64,000 nt of DNA, from positions 9,796,001 to 9,860,000 of the forward strand of contig CM022668.1 of NCBI GenBank assembly GCA_012295275.1. Reading direction: 5' to 3'. A model generated the notes under the pieces. It saw only the letters and a list, made by a program, of their open reading frames with translations. It ran no database searches and was not told the DNA's origin. Every line of letters starts with the position of its first letter. The first letter of the stretch is position 1. Positions 45,955 through 60,217 of this stretch are shown here, in pieces. Both the position numbers and the translations under genes were made by a program. This DNA is from Chrysomallon squamiferum (taxonomy: Eukaryota > Animalia > Mollusca).

Positions 45955-47829
45955 GCTATTTATTTATTATTTTTTCCTATTTTTTTTTTATATTCATTTT
46001 TTTTACATATATATAGTCATCAAGAGCTACAAATACAGTAAGTAACTGAAAAGGTTTGACATAATTAGTTTTCAAATAAAGATTATTTCAATTTCATTTA
46101 CTTCTTTGTTTGTGTTTTTTCATTACAAATAATTATTTTATTGAAATGCTATAACAAAATGATAACTCGAACATTCAACATTTTTTTTTTTTTTTTTTTT
46201 AAATGATTAAAGGTAATGTTTATAAAGCATGAACAAAAAAAAAAAAAAAAAAAAAAAAATTGATTAGTTTTTGCATGTGTATGTCCAGAAAGTGTTTCAA
46301 GACAAATTACTTCAGTTACAAAAGCCAGAAGATCAAATTAAATAATTTTAGAAGACATTAGTTTAAAAAGAGAAAAAAAACAAAGAACATCTGCTTCTTA
46401 CATGTGATCAAGACTTTAATCAAATTACAAGTGAGGTGTGAATGTTCACTGAAGCAGAAAAATTTGTGTGCGTGCGTGTGTGTACAGATATATGGATGGA
46501 TGGATGCGTGAAAAATTGACAGAAGATATTATTTAAATTAGTGAAAACTAAGACTGACAAAAACATACTCATTTACACTTCTTTCAGAGGCTCTCTCTGT
46601 TTTTCTCTCTGTTTCTTTGTTCCCTCCCTCCCTCTCTGTATGTCTCTCAGTCTCACTTTTTTGTCTCCATTTGTCTTTCTCTGTCTCCACGTGTCTCTGA
46701 TGTGTACACATTTCTGTAGGTGAGTATATGAGGTGTGGGGGAGAGTTAACACTCTGGACATTTTTCAGTGAAGAAATATAAAAAAAGTAAAGAAAAATAC
46801 ACAAAACTGACAAAGATTTTAAAATGGTCTAAACTAAGGTTTGTATACAAATGATTAATACAGCACAGGTAAAAGAATTAAACAGATTCCACTTCAAATG
46901 TTAATAACCCAAAAATACACTTTTGAAAGTTTTTATAAGTTTGCTAAGATTTCCTTTATTTTTACCTTCAGGTGATTTATATTTTTTCATAATAAACAAC
47001 TAATAACTGCTTTAATATTCTCCTATGAACAGATACATTGATAGAGAAAACTGACACAAAACAAGTTTTACTAGATTTGATCCTGGTTCTAAAGGATTTC
47101 ATATTATTACACAGGTTTGTATAAGCACATATAAAAATTCTGCTCTAGCAGTGTTCCTTAACATGAAGACAGTATGAATAGAATTTATCAAGAACAAATT
47201 TTTCTATACCCATTGATGTCAATGGCCAAGAAAAACAAGTAAATTGTTAAATAAAATTTAACTTGTTTTATGAAATATGTTATTGATTATGAACACATGT
47301 CTGGTTTTTAAACAAATTATAACACTAACAAGATTTGATTCTGAATGTGTCTAGTTACAAAGTACACAGTGATAATACAGTTTATTATTAGAAATGAAAT
47401 CTTGTCTTACTGCATTTTCACAAATTATCAATAATTATTACATTTGCACAATTTGATCCTTGGAACTTACAAATGACTTAATACCTGGGAATCAATCTTA
47501 AAATCTTACAAAGTAACTTTTATCAAATTTGGAACCCAGAAGAGTCATTAATACCCAAGTCACATGCGCCAGATTTGCATTATTAAATCTAAAAATCTCA
47601 CATTTCTGACACAGTGAAAATTTCCGACACTAACATTTGCCAGATTTGATCTCAGAACCTAAAGGAGGCCAGGTCACCCAATCACATATCACCTTGGCTG
47701 AATTCTGCCATTGCTGTAATTGTAACAGTAGTTGCAGTTTGTAGAACGATGATGTTTAATTCTCTCTTTATCTCTGTGTGACATGTCTTAGTAATGACAA
47801 CTTTACTGGTGTGTAAAATGTGGAAGACG

Positions 47830-47843
47830 GTTTCCATGGCAAC
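47830..47843. promoter_or_regulatory. RFX X-box
   Basis: GTTTCCATGGCAAC. Confidence 0.5.
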
Positions 47844-50008
47844 GATTAGAGCCGACTGAGTGACACAGTATGGTGAAGTCAGTTTTGAACACTGTAACTG
47901 AGTCCACTTAACATCTTCAGTGATATCACTTTTAGTTTATTCCAGTCGTTTTTCCAGTTCTAAACAGTACAGTTTTTTTCTGTTCTTGTTTGGTTTTTAT
48001 TATAACATTAAAAACAAAGAAAATAATAAATGTATAAAATAAAATAAAAAATTTAGTAAATAATAATAATAATAATAGTAGTAGTAGTTGCAATAATAAT
48101 AACAATAATAATTAAAAACAAATCAAAGATATCTAAAAAGGTGACACTACCCACTGAAAACAGTCACACAGATACTGAAAAATAATATTCAGTCTGCACA
48201 TCTAAGATACTGAATTTTCACTTTCATCACAATTGGGTGTTTCAGGTATTTTATCCTATTAACTATTACAGAACAGTTAACATGGGATAGGTCCAAGAGA
48301 AGTGTCCAATTTTACAGGTATTTTTATGTAGATAGATCAGTTCTCACATTGTTTGGACTTTTTTTTCCCCCCTTGACGGTAAACCTATATAACCCATTCA
48401 TAATGAAGTTATTAGGTAATTTATCTACATGTCTTTATAATACTTTAAAATAAAAAATAAATGCTTGTTACAAATATTTAAAAATAACATTCAGTAGACA
48501 AGATATATTGGGTTATATTCCATTCTAGACAGTGCTTCATAAAAAACTTTCTTTCTTGCTGTTTTGTCAAGGAAAGAAATTATAAAATATCATTTGCTGC
48601 TAAAGAATTTCTAAAAAAAAAACCAAAGAAATTATTTTTGGTTACTTTATTGTTTTTATTATTATATTATTTTGCAAAAATAATCATTAGGAGTTATCAC
48701 AGTAATAATAATAAAATTCATTTATTTTATTATCATGAAATATGAAAGTTCTTAGAAGAAAAAAAGAAATTTGCTGCCATAACTGCAGTATATACTGTTA
48801 CTGATTAGCAACAGAAATCTTTTACCTGCAGTTTAGAACAGTTTAGAGACAGGACATCATATAAAAACTTAAGATAGTGTTTAATAAAATAAAAACAAGA
48901 AAGTGTTAAAATATAAGCATAAAATGGTGTCTGTTAGAATAAAACATATCAGATGGTGTTTATTAAAATAAAAAACAATATGACGTTTATTAAAATAAAA
49001 ACAATAAGTATTTGTTAAAAAATTTAGTGTTTGTCAAAATAAAAACATTAGATGGTGGGTGTTTGAATAAAAACATCATATAGTATTTGTAAAAAAGAAA
49101 TGTAGATGGTGTTTGTTTCAGCAAAAAAAATTAATTAGTTTTTCTTTCAATAAAAACTTAAAATTACTGTTTATTAAAATAAAAACATATCTCAGTGTTT
49201 GTTAAATTAAAAACTTGAAATAGTGTTACAATGAAAACAATTGTCACAGTACAAACATCAATGTTCAGTAACACAAAAAAACCAAGTGATTTTTTTTTTT
49301 TTTTAACAATAAAAACTTGAAATCGGAACAAAGTAAACACAATCAAACACCTCATGTTTTTAAAAGTAAACACACACACAAAAGCGCGTTAGACACTAAG
49401 ACGACAGTGATAAAGAGAATGTCGTAGTTGTTATGGACACCTGATATTGGTAGTGTTTATTGATTTCCACCACTGCAGAGCTCTCCACATCAATCTGCAG
49501 GAAACTTCGACTGCTGCATTTTCAGTGATAACCCCACACAGCTGATTCCCTCTTGCAGACTTCATCCTGCTGAATTTGAGACTCAGAAACTGTAATTTCC
49601 ACTTTGCATGTTAACAGTGTAATGACACAGATGAAAGATTTAATGGTACAGATGATAGATTTAATGATGTAGGTGATAGTTTTAATGATAAAGGGGTGCT
49701 TAGTGAATGGTCACATGAAAAAAAGAAATACACTGGAGAAACATGATGTTAGTGATTCTGTATGTTGAAGAATTTTTATGATTGTTGTTATTAATGTTGT
49801 TTTTTTTAAATTCTTTTATTATTGTTGTTGTTTTTGTTGTTATTATTTTCTCTTCTTTATTATTAGTAATATTCTAATTTTCATCTCTTTATTTATTTAT
49901 TTATGAATTATTGTTATTGTTATTAATATTATTATTATTATTATTATTGTTATTATTTTCTCTTCTTTATTATTATTAATATTATTATTCTTAATTTCTC
50001 CTCTTTTT

Positions 50009-50049
<41 letters not shown>

Positions 50050-51724
50050 TGTTAATCAGTATTAGAAAAAAGTCAAGTTTAAAGTCACGATTTTCAGATT
50101 TTTCAATTTTTTGGTTTTGTCTTTTTGATACTGTGACAAATCAGTAAATACTACATTTTAAATACTTATCAGACATCTTTAAAATGTGTATAAACATTTA
50201 AAGATATAATTTAAATAATGTTAATAACATCTATGAAATCAAAAGATATTGGTAAAAAAAAACCTGTTTACAAATGTTTAAAAACTGGTCACAAATATTC
50301 ACCAATTATTGTTTTACTTACATGATACGCTAATTATAAAATATAGCTTTTAATAACAGTTGCAAAACACTAAACATTTTATTTTATATTTGCAAATAGA
50401 GTAAGTAATTCTTATTTTAAATCACTAATTATTTTCTTCTAATTACCAGTCACAAATTGCTGGCTTGTAACAAACATACAGCACTTACAATGTTTCATCC
50501 CATAACCTGCGAAATTGTTAAAAATAGACCGTGTTGAATAGATATTTGTCTGCTTTCATCAGTTAATCTTTGTTTTCTCAGATTAACCCAGATTAACTGA
50601 TGTCATTTAGGAGTTTAACTCCTGCTTACATTAACAGAACATTTGTGATTTTATAGACAGCGTTTGGTAGTTAACTGTTTGTGTTTTCCATTAGTTAGAA
50701 AGTTTAGATCACTAATGAAACATTTATCAGTAGTCTAGCACCCATTATGTCTTAATGACTCTTTTTTTATTATTCTCTTTTAGGCTAAAAGCTGATAAAT
50801 ACACCTGAGAGAAAGATATAATAATAATAACAGTAATAATAATAATAACAATAATAATTATAATAATAATAATAATAATAATAACAATAACAATAATAAC
50901 AGTAATAATAATTATAAAATGACGATGACAATAAGAACAACAACAACCATAGTAGTAGTAATAATATTATAAAAACTACAAATTAGGATGTTCAGTAAAT
51001 CTTTACTTAAGTCCAATGAATAGAATAGTATTGATTAATTAATAAGAAAATATTTATTAAAAAAAGAAGTAGTAGTAGTTGTACTAATAACATCATGGTT
51101 GCTGTGTAGAGAGATGGTGGAAATGGTAGTAGGATTAGTACTATTTTTTTTACTAGTAGCTGTAACTATTTGAACATTGGTTTAGTAGCAGTAGCAGTAA
51201 CACTAATTTAAAAAAAAATAATAATAATAATGATATGTAAATACATAAAAAGAAGAAGGAAAAAATTAAGAAAATAAAACAAGAGACTTTAACAGACAAA
51301 GTACGAACGGAATTTAAATTACAAATAACCGACTATGACTGAATCGGAGATTTCAAACATTTCACATTTTCATCCCAGCCATCTTTGTATTAGACAGACT
51401 TCGCAGATGTGCGCAGAAACTGTCCGTAGAGTTAGCAATACTCCACTTCCCTCTCTAATCTTTCAGATCAATACGGAAGCCACTTTCTGGCCAGTTTTTA
51501 TTACTTTTTTGCGTTTGTTACAACTCGTGTTTCGGTGCTGGCATGCCGCTGACTATAATGCCACCCAGACACTTTCTGTCATTACTCGCCCATTTTGCTG
51601 TAGAGTTTGAAGCAAAACAGATCTTTAAAAATTGATTATTGATTGATTTTCTTTTTTTTTCTTTTTTTTTGTCGAGGCAGACGAGGAAAACTCCTCAGTT
51701 GTCATCATGGCATGGTGGTGAATG

Positions 51725-51796
<72 letters not shown>

Positions 51797-52564
51797 CTGA
51801 CAGAGAGAGCAAGAGAGAGAGACAGAGACACAGAGAGAGAAAGAGTTAGTGAGTGTGTTTATGTGGGTGTATGGTGTGGGTTGGTGTGAGTGTTTGTGAG
51901 AGTGAGAGATCTAATGGGATAGACAGAGAGAGATAACAACAACAAAGATAGCCAAACATAACTGGTAAAAAATAAATAAATAAAACATCTTAGTATAGAA
52001 CTTTTTAGACCTCAACACATTTTTATGTTTATATGATTGTGAGTGATAGAGAGACTGCTGTAGTCACTTCATTAGCAACAAAGCACTTTTATGTAAGCAT
52101 GAAAACATACCATGAGCGTTTGATAAACAACTGGAGCATTGGGCGGAATGGGAAAATAGCTCACCATAGCAATAGAAAGTATTGATCCTGTAACATTTCG
52201 TAAAACACAACAGCACTCTAACCACTCGTCTGACCTGTTCCACCTACACTCGCAGTTCAGTGTTCTCGTGTCCATAACATTAATAAATTATTTTTATAAT
52301 CATACCAGAAAAAAAGAACAAAAGACTAATTTACATAACAGGTGGACAGTGTCCTAATCTAATAATTAACTTCTGTGTCAACAGAGTTGTTAAACTGTTG
52401 ACCACACTGGACATACAAATGACTTTTCTCTTCTCTCTGTTGTCAGAGATGAAGGTCTATCAATTTTTAATATCTCCAGTGCTTCTCTCAGATAGCTCAA
52501 TAGCAGCAGTGTTCACTGATATTCAGGCCGTTTTTCAATTATCGCCCGAGAATTGTTACTGTCA

Positions 52565-53380
52565 TGCAGTATTGAAAATGTTCACTGTTACCATGATCAT
52601 ACAGAACTGGCAACACACAAATCTGAAAATATTCTTTATTATCGTTTAATACTGAAAATGTTCACTGTTATCATAATCATACAGTACCGACAACACACAA
52701 TTCTGAAAATATTGTTTATGATCATATAACACTGAAAATATCCATTTATATTACAGTGAAAGTGTTCACATTTATTATATAATACTGAAAATGTTTATTA
52801 TAAAATACAGAAAATATTCACTGTTATTGTACAATATTGCGAAATTCAGTATTATTATATAATATTGAAAATATTCACTATTATTGTATAATACTGAAAA
52901 TATTCACTGTTATTGTATAATACTGGAAATATTCACTAATAAAATATAAAACTGAAAATGTTCACTGTTATCTTACAGTACTGAAATTATTCTCTAGTAT
53001 CATATTGTACTGATACTATTCATTTCATTACATAGCAATGAAAATATTAACTATTATCATTGCAGACCAGAAATTATTCAGTATTATACAATACTGAAAG
53101 TATTCAGTTTTATCATTCACTATTGAAAGCATTATCATACAGTAGTGAAAATGTTCACTATCATAACAATATACTGAAAATATCATAGATAACTGAAAAT
53201 ATTCATTAACTTTATACACTGCTGAAAGTATTTATAATATAATAACAGCAGTTATCCACTGAAATCATTCAATAACATGAAATATTGAAATTGTTCACTT
53301 TTACAATAAAGTACTGAAAATATTCACTGTCGTACAGTACAGAAAATGTTAATTATCATTCATATAGTACTGAAAATGCT
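52565..53380. repeat. Degenerate ~29-bp minisatellite
   Basis: Recurring AATACTGAAAATATTCACTGTTATTGTAT. Confidence 0.8.
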
Positions 53381-53587
53381 CTGTATTCTTCTAAAAACAT
53401 GTTTACAAGTGTTTTGTTTGTAATTGGCTGTTTCATGACATTCAGACAAGGTCAACATCCTAATTCTACTTAGTTGTTATGAAAGTATTTTCATGTTTAA
53501 TGATGAACTTACTGTTTTTCGTGGCTCTTAAAATGCCTGGCTTTTGTGTTAGTTTCAATGATGGAAAGAAGTAAATACCTACCATTA

Positions 53588-53601
53588 GTCACCATGGCAA
53601 C
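53588..53601. promoter_or_regulatory. RFX X-box
   Basis: GTCACCATGGCAAC. Confidence 0.5.
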
Positions 53602-53934
53602 TTTGGTCTACCTTTGATCAATATTTATTTACTTTGTTTCATGCTTCTTTATTTGGATGTTGTAATGCTATCAAAATTAATTCAGATTATTCAATTACGT
53701 TGGAACAATAATGAAATGCTGATCATTACTATCGTTTTAAAAAGAGCACTAATAGTATTATTTTGACTTTCCACCATTTTCATTATTTATTAAATCATTT
53801 TCTGATTCAAACCAGTGCTTTCATAACTGGTTATCAAATGTTATGGTATATGTTTTACCATCTGTTATTCATTTATATTTTAAAAATACTTTGTGAAATA
53901 AATTTGACCATTTATATGCATACCTACATACATA

Positions 53935-53944
53935 CTCACACACA

Positions 53945-53998
<54 letters not shown>

Positions 53999-54078
53999 CA
54001 CACACAGAAACACACACACACTCACACACAGACACAGATACACACACACAGACACACAGACACCCATACACACACACA

Positions 54079-54134
<56 letters not shown>

Positions 54135-54162
54135 CAAATGCACACACATGCACACACACACA
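53935..54162. repeat. Long interrupted (CA)n microsatellite
   Basis: Direct inspection. Confidence 0.92.
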
Positions 54163-54472
54163 AGTCTAAGTTTGATAATTCTAGCAATACATTAGTTCAG
54201 GTTTTTGAAACTCAAATGTTTACTGCAGTTCCAGTGGACACATACATTTGAATAACAAAATCAATAAAAGACATGACTCAAATGATTTTGACATATATAT
54301 GCACATATATGTAAATATATTTATTGATAAGTAAAATGCCAAAACATGCAATAGATACATGTACATACATAACCAAAGATAATAAATGGAAATAAATTCC
54401 CAAGTTCGTATAATGTTTGAATGTCCAGACTTGGCAGAACATAAACAAAACAAATGCATACTGAATGTAAAT

Positions 54473-54518
<46 letters not shown>

Positions 54519-54812
54519 AGTTATACAGTACAGATATTTTAAATGATAAACATTCTATAAAAACAACTTCTGTAATAAACTTAATAAATAATATTTAAAA
54601 TCATCAGACCATTTCAGTTCAAGAAATGGCATTATCCAAAAGATTCAGTGATGAAAGACTGTTTGTGTGATTTTGTAAAGAAAATTCAGAAGAACCCCTG
54701 ATCCACTGGAATGATATTTTCATGTAGTAGTAGGGAACAGAAATATCAGTTCAACTGCATCTAAACCTATTACCTAGTGGTTACCCACAACAAGAGCAAT
54801 TATTCTCTCTCT

Positions 54813-54844
<32 letters not shown>

Positions 54845-55263
54845 CTGTCAGAAGTATTCTTATTCTTCCAGTCTGTGAAAATATTTTATGTTATCCCTGC
54901 CTTTTTCATTTGCTAGATAGAAGGTGGACAGTATTTATGTGTATTTAAAACAACACAGCTTTTCTCATTTTCCTGGGTCCAGTTTGATAGTTTGTCAGTC
55001 TTTGACATGTTGACAGTCATAAGATCGGTTAATCATTGTTTTTGTTTTGTTTTTCCATCCATGACAATCAACATCTTTAAATTTTAATGTTTTGTCAATA
55101 AAATATTCACCCTTTCATTTGTATTGTTGTCATCTGCATCATATATATACAAAGAATCCATATTTTAATATTCGTTTTTCATAACTAAAAATAGAGGAAT
55201 TAAGAGGAAACTTCAGAACAATAAATTTAATTATTATGCCAATATATACATGTATGCGTGCGT

Positions 55264-55324
<61 letters not shown>

Positions 55325-56243
55325 TTTTCTTCATTGTGATATACTGCACTGAAGATTGTTTATAAAACAAGCAAATCAAACAGATTATTTACTAGTCAGA
55401 TCACAGAAGCAGTTGATGTGATGCTTTACCAAATAGGAAGAAAAATATAAAGCAAAAAGAAAATTAATTTAGGTTAATCACATCAGTGAAGCCACTAAAG
55501 TAGTTCACAATTTTCTTAGATGCTCTGTTAAAAAGGGAGGAAATGATTTGTACAGACAAGTTTAATTAAATCGATATAACAGATTCTTTTTTTTTCACTG
55601 TTTACTTCAAAAGTTCAGTTTTTATTTACATTAATTAAAAACAAGTATTTTTGAAAAGGGAAAGAAAATAAATATTTCTTAAATATTCTTGTTTGTCACA
55701 TAGGTTTTTAAGTAATTTTAAAAAAAATAATTATGATAATAATAACAATAATAATAATAATAAAAGAACAGCAACAACAAAACCATTAACAATCATAACA
55801 ACAACACCAATAATAATAATGAGAATAAAAAGACACTTTTAAATTGAATTACAATACTTTATTTTAAAGTGTGCTTGTATTGGTGTGAACAAACTAACTA
55901 CATAGACTTAGTAAACTTTAATCTTTTTTTTTTTTTTTTTTTTTTTTTTTATTATTATTATTATTATTTAAAAAAAATTTTGATTCATGTTATTTTTCTT
56001 TTCATTCTTTCTTTCTTTTCTTTCTTTTTTTTATTTTAAATTTATTTGTTCTTAAAGACCAAGTCTTAATGAAAAGTAAAATATACAGCTTTGTGGATTT
56101 GCATTAAGAATCTTCTTCTTACGAATTTAAAGCTAAAGAAAAATACTACTAGCCAGTCATACATAGACTGTAGGAATTCTCTGTGTAATATTTTATATAT
56201 TTTATTTATTTTATTTATTTTATTTATTTTTGTATCTTTTCAG

Positions 56244-56324
56244 GAAATTGTCACATCTGTGGACATGCCAAAAGTGAATACTTTTAGAATTCCTTCATTT
56301 GGTCAGCCTTCAGTTTATCATGAA
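56244..56324 (+). CDS. HYCC1: Hyccin exon 4: EIVTSVDMPKVNTFRIPSFGQPSVYHE
   Basis: cttttcag acceptor, GAA|gtaagt donor; 81 nt, phase 0/0; matches human [27 protein letters not shown]. Confidence 0.96.
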
Positions 56325-56353
56325 GTAAGTGAGGGTTTTATTTACTTATTTAC

Positions 56354-56392
<39 letters not shown>

Positions 56393-56877
56393 TATTTTTT
56401 ATTTATTTATTTTTTTAACAGATGATTGAATACTACTAAAAATTAATTGCACCTGTATTTGATACGATGTTGTCAGTGATTTATGGCAATTAAAATTAAA
56501 ATTGATATTTTAAAAGAAGTGGATTATTTTAATATTTAATATATTTTTTTTATATATATGTATCATAAATTTTCTTTACTAAAATTAGTTAAATTCTGAA
56601 GAATATGAAAAATACATGATGATGTATTTAAAATAAATGAAAGAGTCAGTTATTTAACTATGCAAATCTTTTATTTCCATTTATAAACTGTTTTACTTCG
56701 TTCTGGCTGCACAGTCTGTTAATACTTTTTATACTAAAAGAAATTATTGTCCTCATTGTAATGCCCAGCGGCTCAGTCTTATGAAGATTTTGCTTTTTCT
56801 AATATTTAGCATAAAAGATATTATTCTTGTTTGCACCTCACTCAGAAAAAAATAGTTTGAAGAATGTTAATTATCAA

Positions 56878-56911
<34 letters not shown>

Positions 56912-57124
56912 ATTATTATTATTATTATTGTTGTTATTATTATTAGCAGTAGTAATAGTAGTAATAGTAATATTTATAACAGTAAAGAAAATGAAAATTT
57001 TGTTCATAAAAGTTATTATTATTATCATCATTATAGATTATTACTACTTACACTTTTACTGGTTCAACAAGTGCTGTATTAAACACTAAAATTACATGGG
57101 TTTTTCTTTATTATTATTATTATT

Positions 57125-57835
57125 ATTATAGTACTACTATTACTGCTACTATACTAAGAACCATACTAGTACTACTAATGCTATTATTATTGCTATTGTT
57201 ATTATTATTTATATTGTATCTACTGCTACTACTACTAGTATACTAATAACCATACTAGTACTGTAAATGCTATTATTATTATTACTACTACTACTACTAT
57301 ACTAATAACCATACTAGTACTACTAATGCTATTATTATTGCTATTGTTATTATTTGTATTGTAACTACTGCTACTACTACTAGTATACTAATAACCCTAC
57401 TAGTACTATAAATGCTATTATTATTATTACTACTACTACTACTATACTAATAACCATACTACTACTACTACCACTATTATTGTTATTAATACTGCTAGTA
57501 GTATACTAATAACCATACTAGTACTACTAATGCTGTTATTATTATTATTACTACTACTACTACTACTACTACTACTAGTATACTAATAACCATACTAGTA
57601 CTACTAATGCTGTTATTATTATTACTACTACTACTACTACTACTACTAGTATACTAATAACCATACTAGTACTACTAATGCTGTTATTATTATTATTACT
57701 ACTACTACTACTACTACTACTAGTATACTAATAACCATACTAGTACTACTAATGCTGTTATTATTATTATTATTACTACTATTACTAGTATACTAATAAC
57801 CATACTAGTACTACTAATGCTATTACTACTACTAC
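57125..57835. repeat. Compound ~60-70-bp repeat built on (TAT)n/(TAC)n
   Basis: Recurring TAGTATACTAATAACCATACTAGTACTACTAATGCT(G/A)TTA(TTA)n(CTA)n, running up to the exon 5 acceptor. Confidence 0.9.
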
Positions 57836-57840
57836 AACAG

Positions 57841-57962
57841 CCACTCAGTCTCAGTAACATGCAGCCACTGACAGAGAGTGCACTGTCCCGGTTCACGTTG
57901 TCACAAGATGTGTGGAGAAGTGGACCTTACTTTGAGTTTGAGTCCATCAACGGACAGAACAG
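57841..57962 (+). CDS. HYCC1: Hyccin exon 5: PLSLSNMQPLTESALSRFTLSQDVWRSGPYFEFESINGQN(R)
   Basis: tacaacag acceptor, AG|gtaacc donor; 122 nt, phase 0/2; matches human [39 protein letters not shown]. Not in the ORF track. Confidence 0.93.
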
Positions 57963-59785
57963 GTAACCAACCTCCTTGTATCCCAGACTAATCACATTAA
58001 CCTCCTTGTATCCCAGACTGATCACTTTAACCTCTTTGTATCCCAGTCTGATCACTTCAACCTCTGTGTATCCCAGTCTGATCACTTTAACCTCCTTGTA
58101 TCCCGGTCTGATCACTCTGACCTCCTTGTATCCCAGTCTGATCACTCTGACCTCCTTGTATCCCAGTCTGATCACTCTGACCTCCTTGTATCCCAGTCTG
58201 ATCACTTCAACCTCCTTGTATCCCAGTCTGATCACTCTGACCTCCTTGTATCCCAGTCTGATCACTTTAACCTCCTTGTATCCCAGTCTGATCACTTCAA
58301 CCTCCTTGTATCCCGGTCTGATCACATTAACCTCCTTGTATCCCAGTCTGATCACTTCAACCTCCTTGTATCCCAGTCTGATCACTTTAACCTCCTTGTA
58401 TCCCAGTCTGATCACATTAATCTCCTTGTATCCCAATCTGATCACATTAACCTCCTTGTATCCCAGTCTGATCACATTAACCTCCTTGTAGCCCAGTCTG
58501 ATCACATTAACCTCCTTGTATGCCAGTCTGATCACATTAACCTCCTTGTATCCCAGTCTGATCACATTAACCTCCTTGTATCCCAGTCTGATCACATTAA
58601 CCTCCTTGTAGCCCATTCTGATCACATTAACATCCTAATTTCCCATTCTGATCACTGTAATCTTCTAATTTCCCATTCTGATCACTGTAATCTCCTGATT
58701 TCCCATTCTGATCACTTTAATCTGATAATTTCCCATTCTGATCACTGTAATATCCTAATTTCCCATTCTGATCACTGTAATCTCCTAATTTCCCATTCTG
58801 ATCACTGTAATCTCCTGATTTCCCATTCTGATCACTTTAATCTGATAATTTCCCATTCTGATCACTGTAATCTCCTAATTTCTCATTCTGATCACTGCAA
58901 TCTCCTAATTTCCCATTCTGATCACTGTAATCTCCTAATTTTCCCATTCTGATCACTGTAATCTCCTAATTTCCCATTCTGATCACTGTAATCTCCTAAT
59001 TTCCTTTTCTGATCATTGTAATCTCCGAATTTCCCATTCTGATCACTGCAATCTCCTAATTTCCCATTCTGATCACTGCAATCTCCTAATTTTCCATTCT
59101 GATCACTGCAATCTCCTAATTTTCCATTCTGATCACTGTAATCTCCTAATTTCCCATTCTGATCTCTGTAATCTCCTAATTTCTCATTCTGATCACTGTA
59201 ATCTCCTAATTTCTCATTCTGATCTCTGTAATCTCCTAATTTCTCATTCTGATCACTGTAATCTCCTAATTTCTCATTCTGATCACTGTAATCTCCTAAT
59301 TTCCCATTCTGATCTCTGTAATCTCCTAATTTCCCATTCTGATCTCTGTAATCTCCTAATTTCTCATTCTGATCTCTGTAATCTCTTAATTTCCCATTCT
59401 GTTCTCTGTAATCTCTTAATTTCCCATTCTGATCTCTGTAATCTCCTAATTTCCCATTCTGATCACTGTAATCTTCTAATTTCCCATTCTGATCTCTGTA
59501 ATCTCCTAATTTCCCATTCTGATCACTAATCTCCTAATTTCTCATTCTGATCTCTGTAATCTCTTAATTTCCCATTCTGATCTCTGTAATCTCTTAATTT
59601 CCCATTCTGATCTCTGTAATCTCCTAATTTCCCATTCTGATCACTGTAACATCCTAATTTCCCATTCTGATCATTGTAATCTCCTAATTTCCTTTTCTGA
59701 TCATTATAATCTCCTAATTTCTCATTCTGACCACTGTAATCTCCTAATTTCCCATTCTGATCTCTGTAATCTCCTAATTTCCCAA
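57963..59785. repeat. 30-bp minisatellite, about 60 copies in two adjacent variant blocks
   Basis: Variant A ATCAC(ATTA/TTTA/TCTG/TTCA)ACCTCCTTGTATCCCAGTCTG to about 58620; variant B ATCACTGTAATCTCCTAATTTCCCATTCTG from about 58621 to 59785. Confidence 0.97.
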
Positions 59786-60121
59786 TTGTCCATTCACATC
59801 ATTCTTTCACTGATTCCTTTAAACAGAATCATTCACTTCAATCTTCTGCAATTCATTGACATAATAATCTAATATATAACTAATGACTGTACAAGTAATC
59901 TTTTAAATTCAACACTATTAAAACTATTCAGATACATTTTAACACTGATAAACAACCATTTATTCAGAAACTCTCCAGTCTGTAACCTATTTCAGATGAC
60001 ACAATATTAAGTAATATCCTGCAAAGACTTGCAGTACTAAAATTTTAATGAAGTGAAATATGTCAGGGCTGTTTTCATTGTTTATGTGAAATTTTAAACT
60101 TGTTTCTGTTCTTGCTTTCAG

Positions 60122-60217
60122 GCCGGCAATTTTGGCTTATCTGATGGAATGTTACAACAACAACATCGTCACACTTAGCTCTCAGTCTCATACAGCCCTC
60201 TGTCTCACTGCTTCCAG
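60122..60217 (+). CDS. HYCC1: Hyccin exon 6: PAILAYLMECYNNNIVTLSSQSHTALCLTAS(R)
   Basis: gctttcag acceptor, AG|gtgatt donor; 96 nt, phase 2/2; matches human [32 protein letters not shown]. Confidence 0.93.

Noticed and set aside
47821-47830. TGGAAGAC (miR-7 5' end) and similar short hits such as TGAAAGACAT near 33745
   Set aside because: Only 8-10-nt matches with no hairpin or 3' similarity; expected by chance.
57927-58625. 232-aa minus-strand ORF (IRLGYKEVNV)n as a repeat protein
   Set aside because: A stop-free frame of a 30-bp minisatellite lying antisense in an intron, with no unique domain or promoter evidence.
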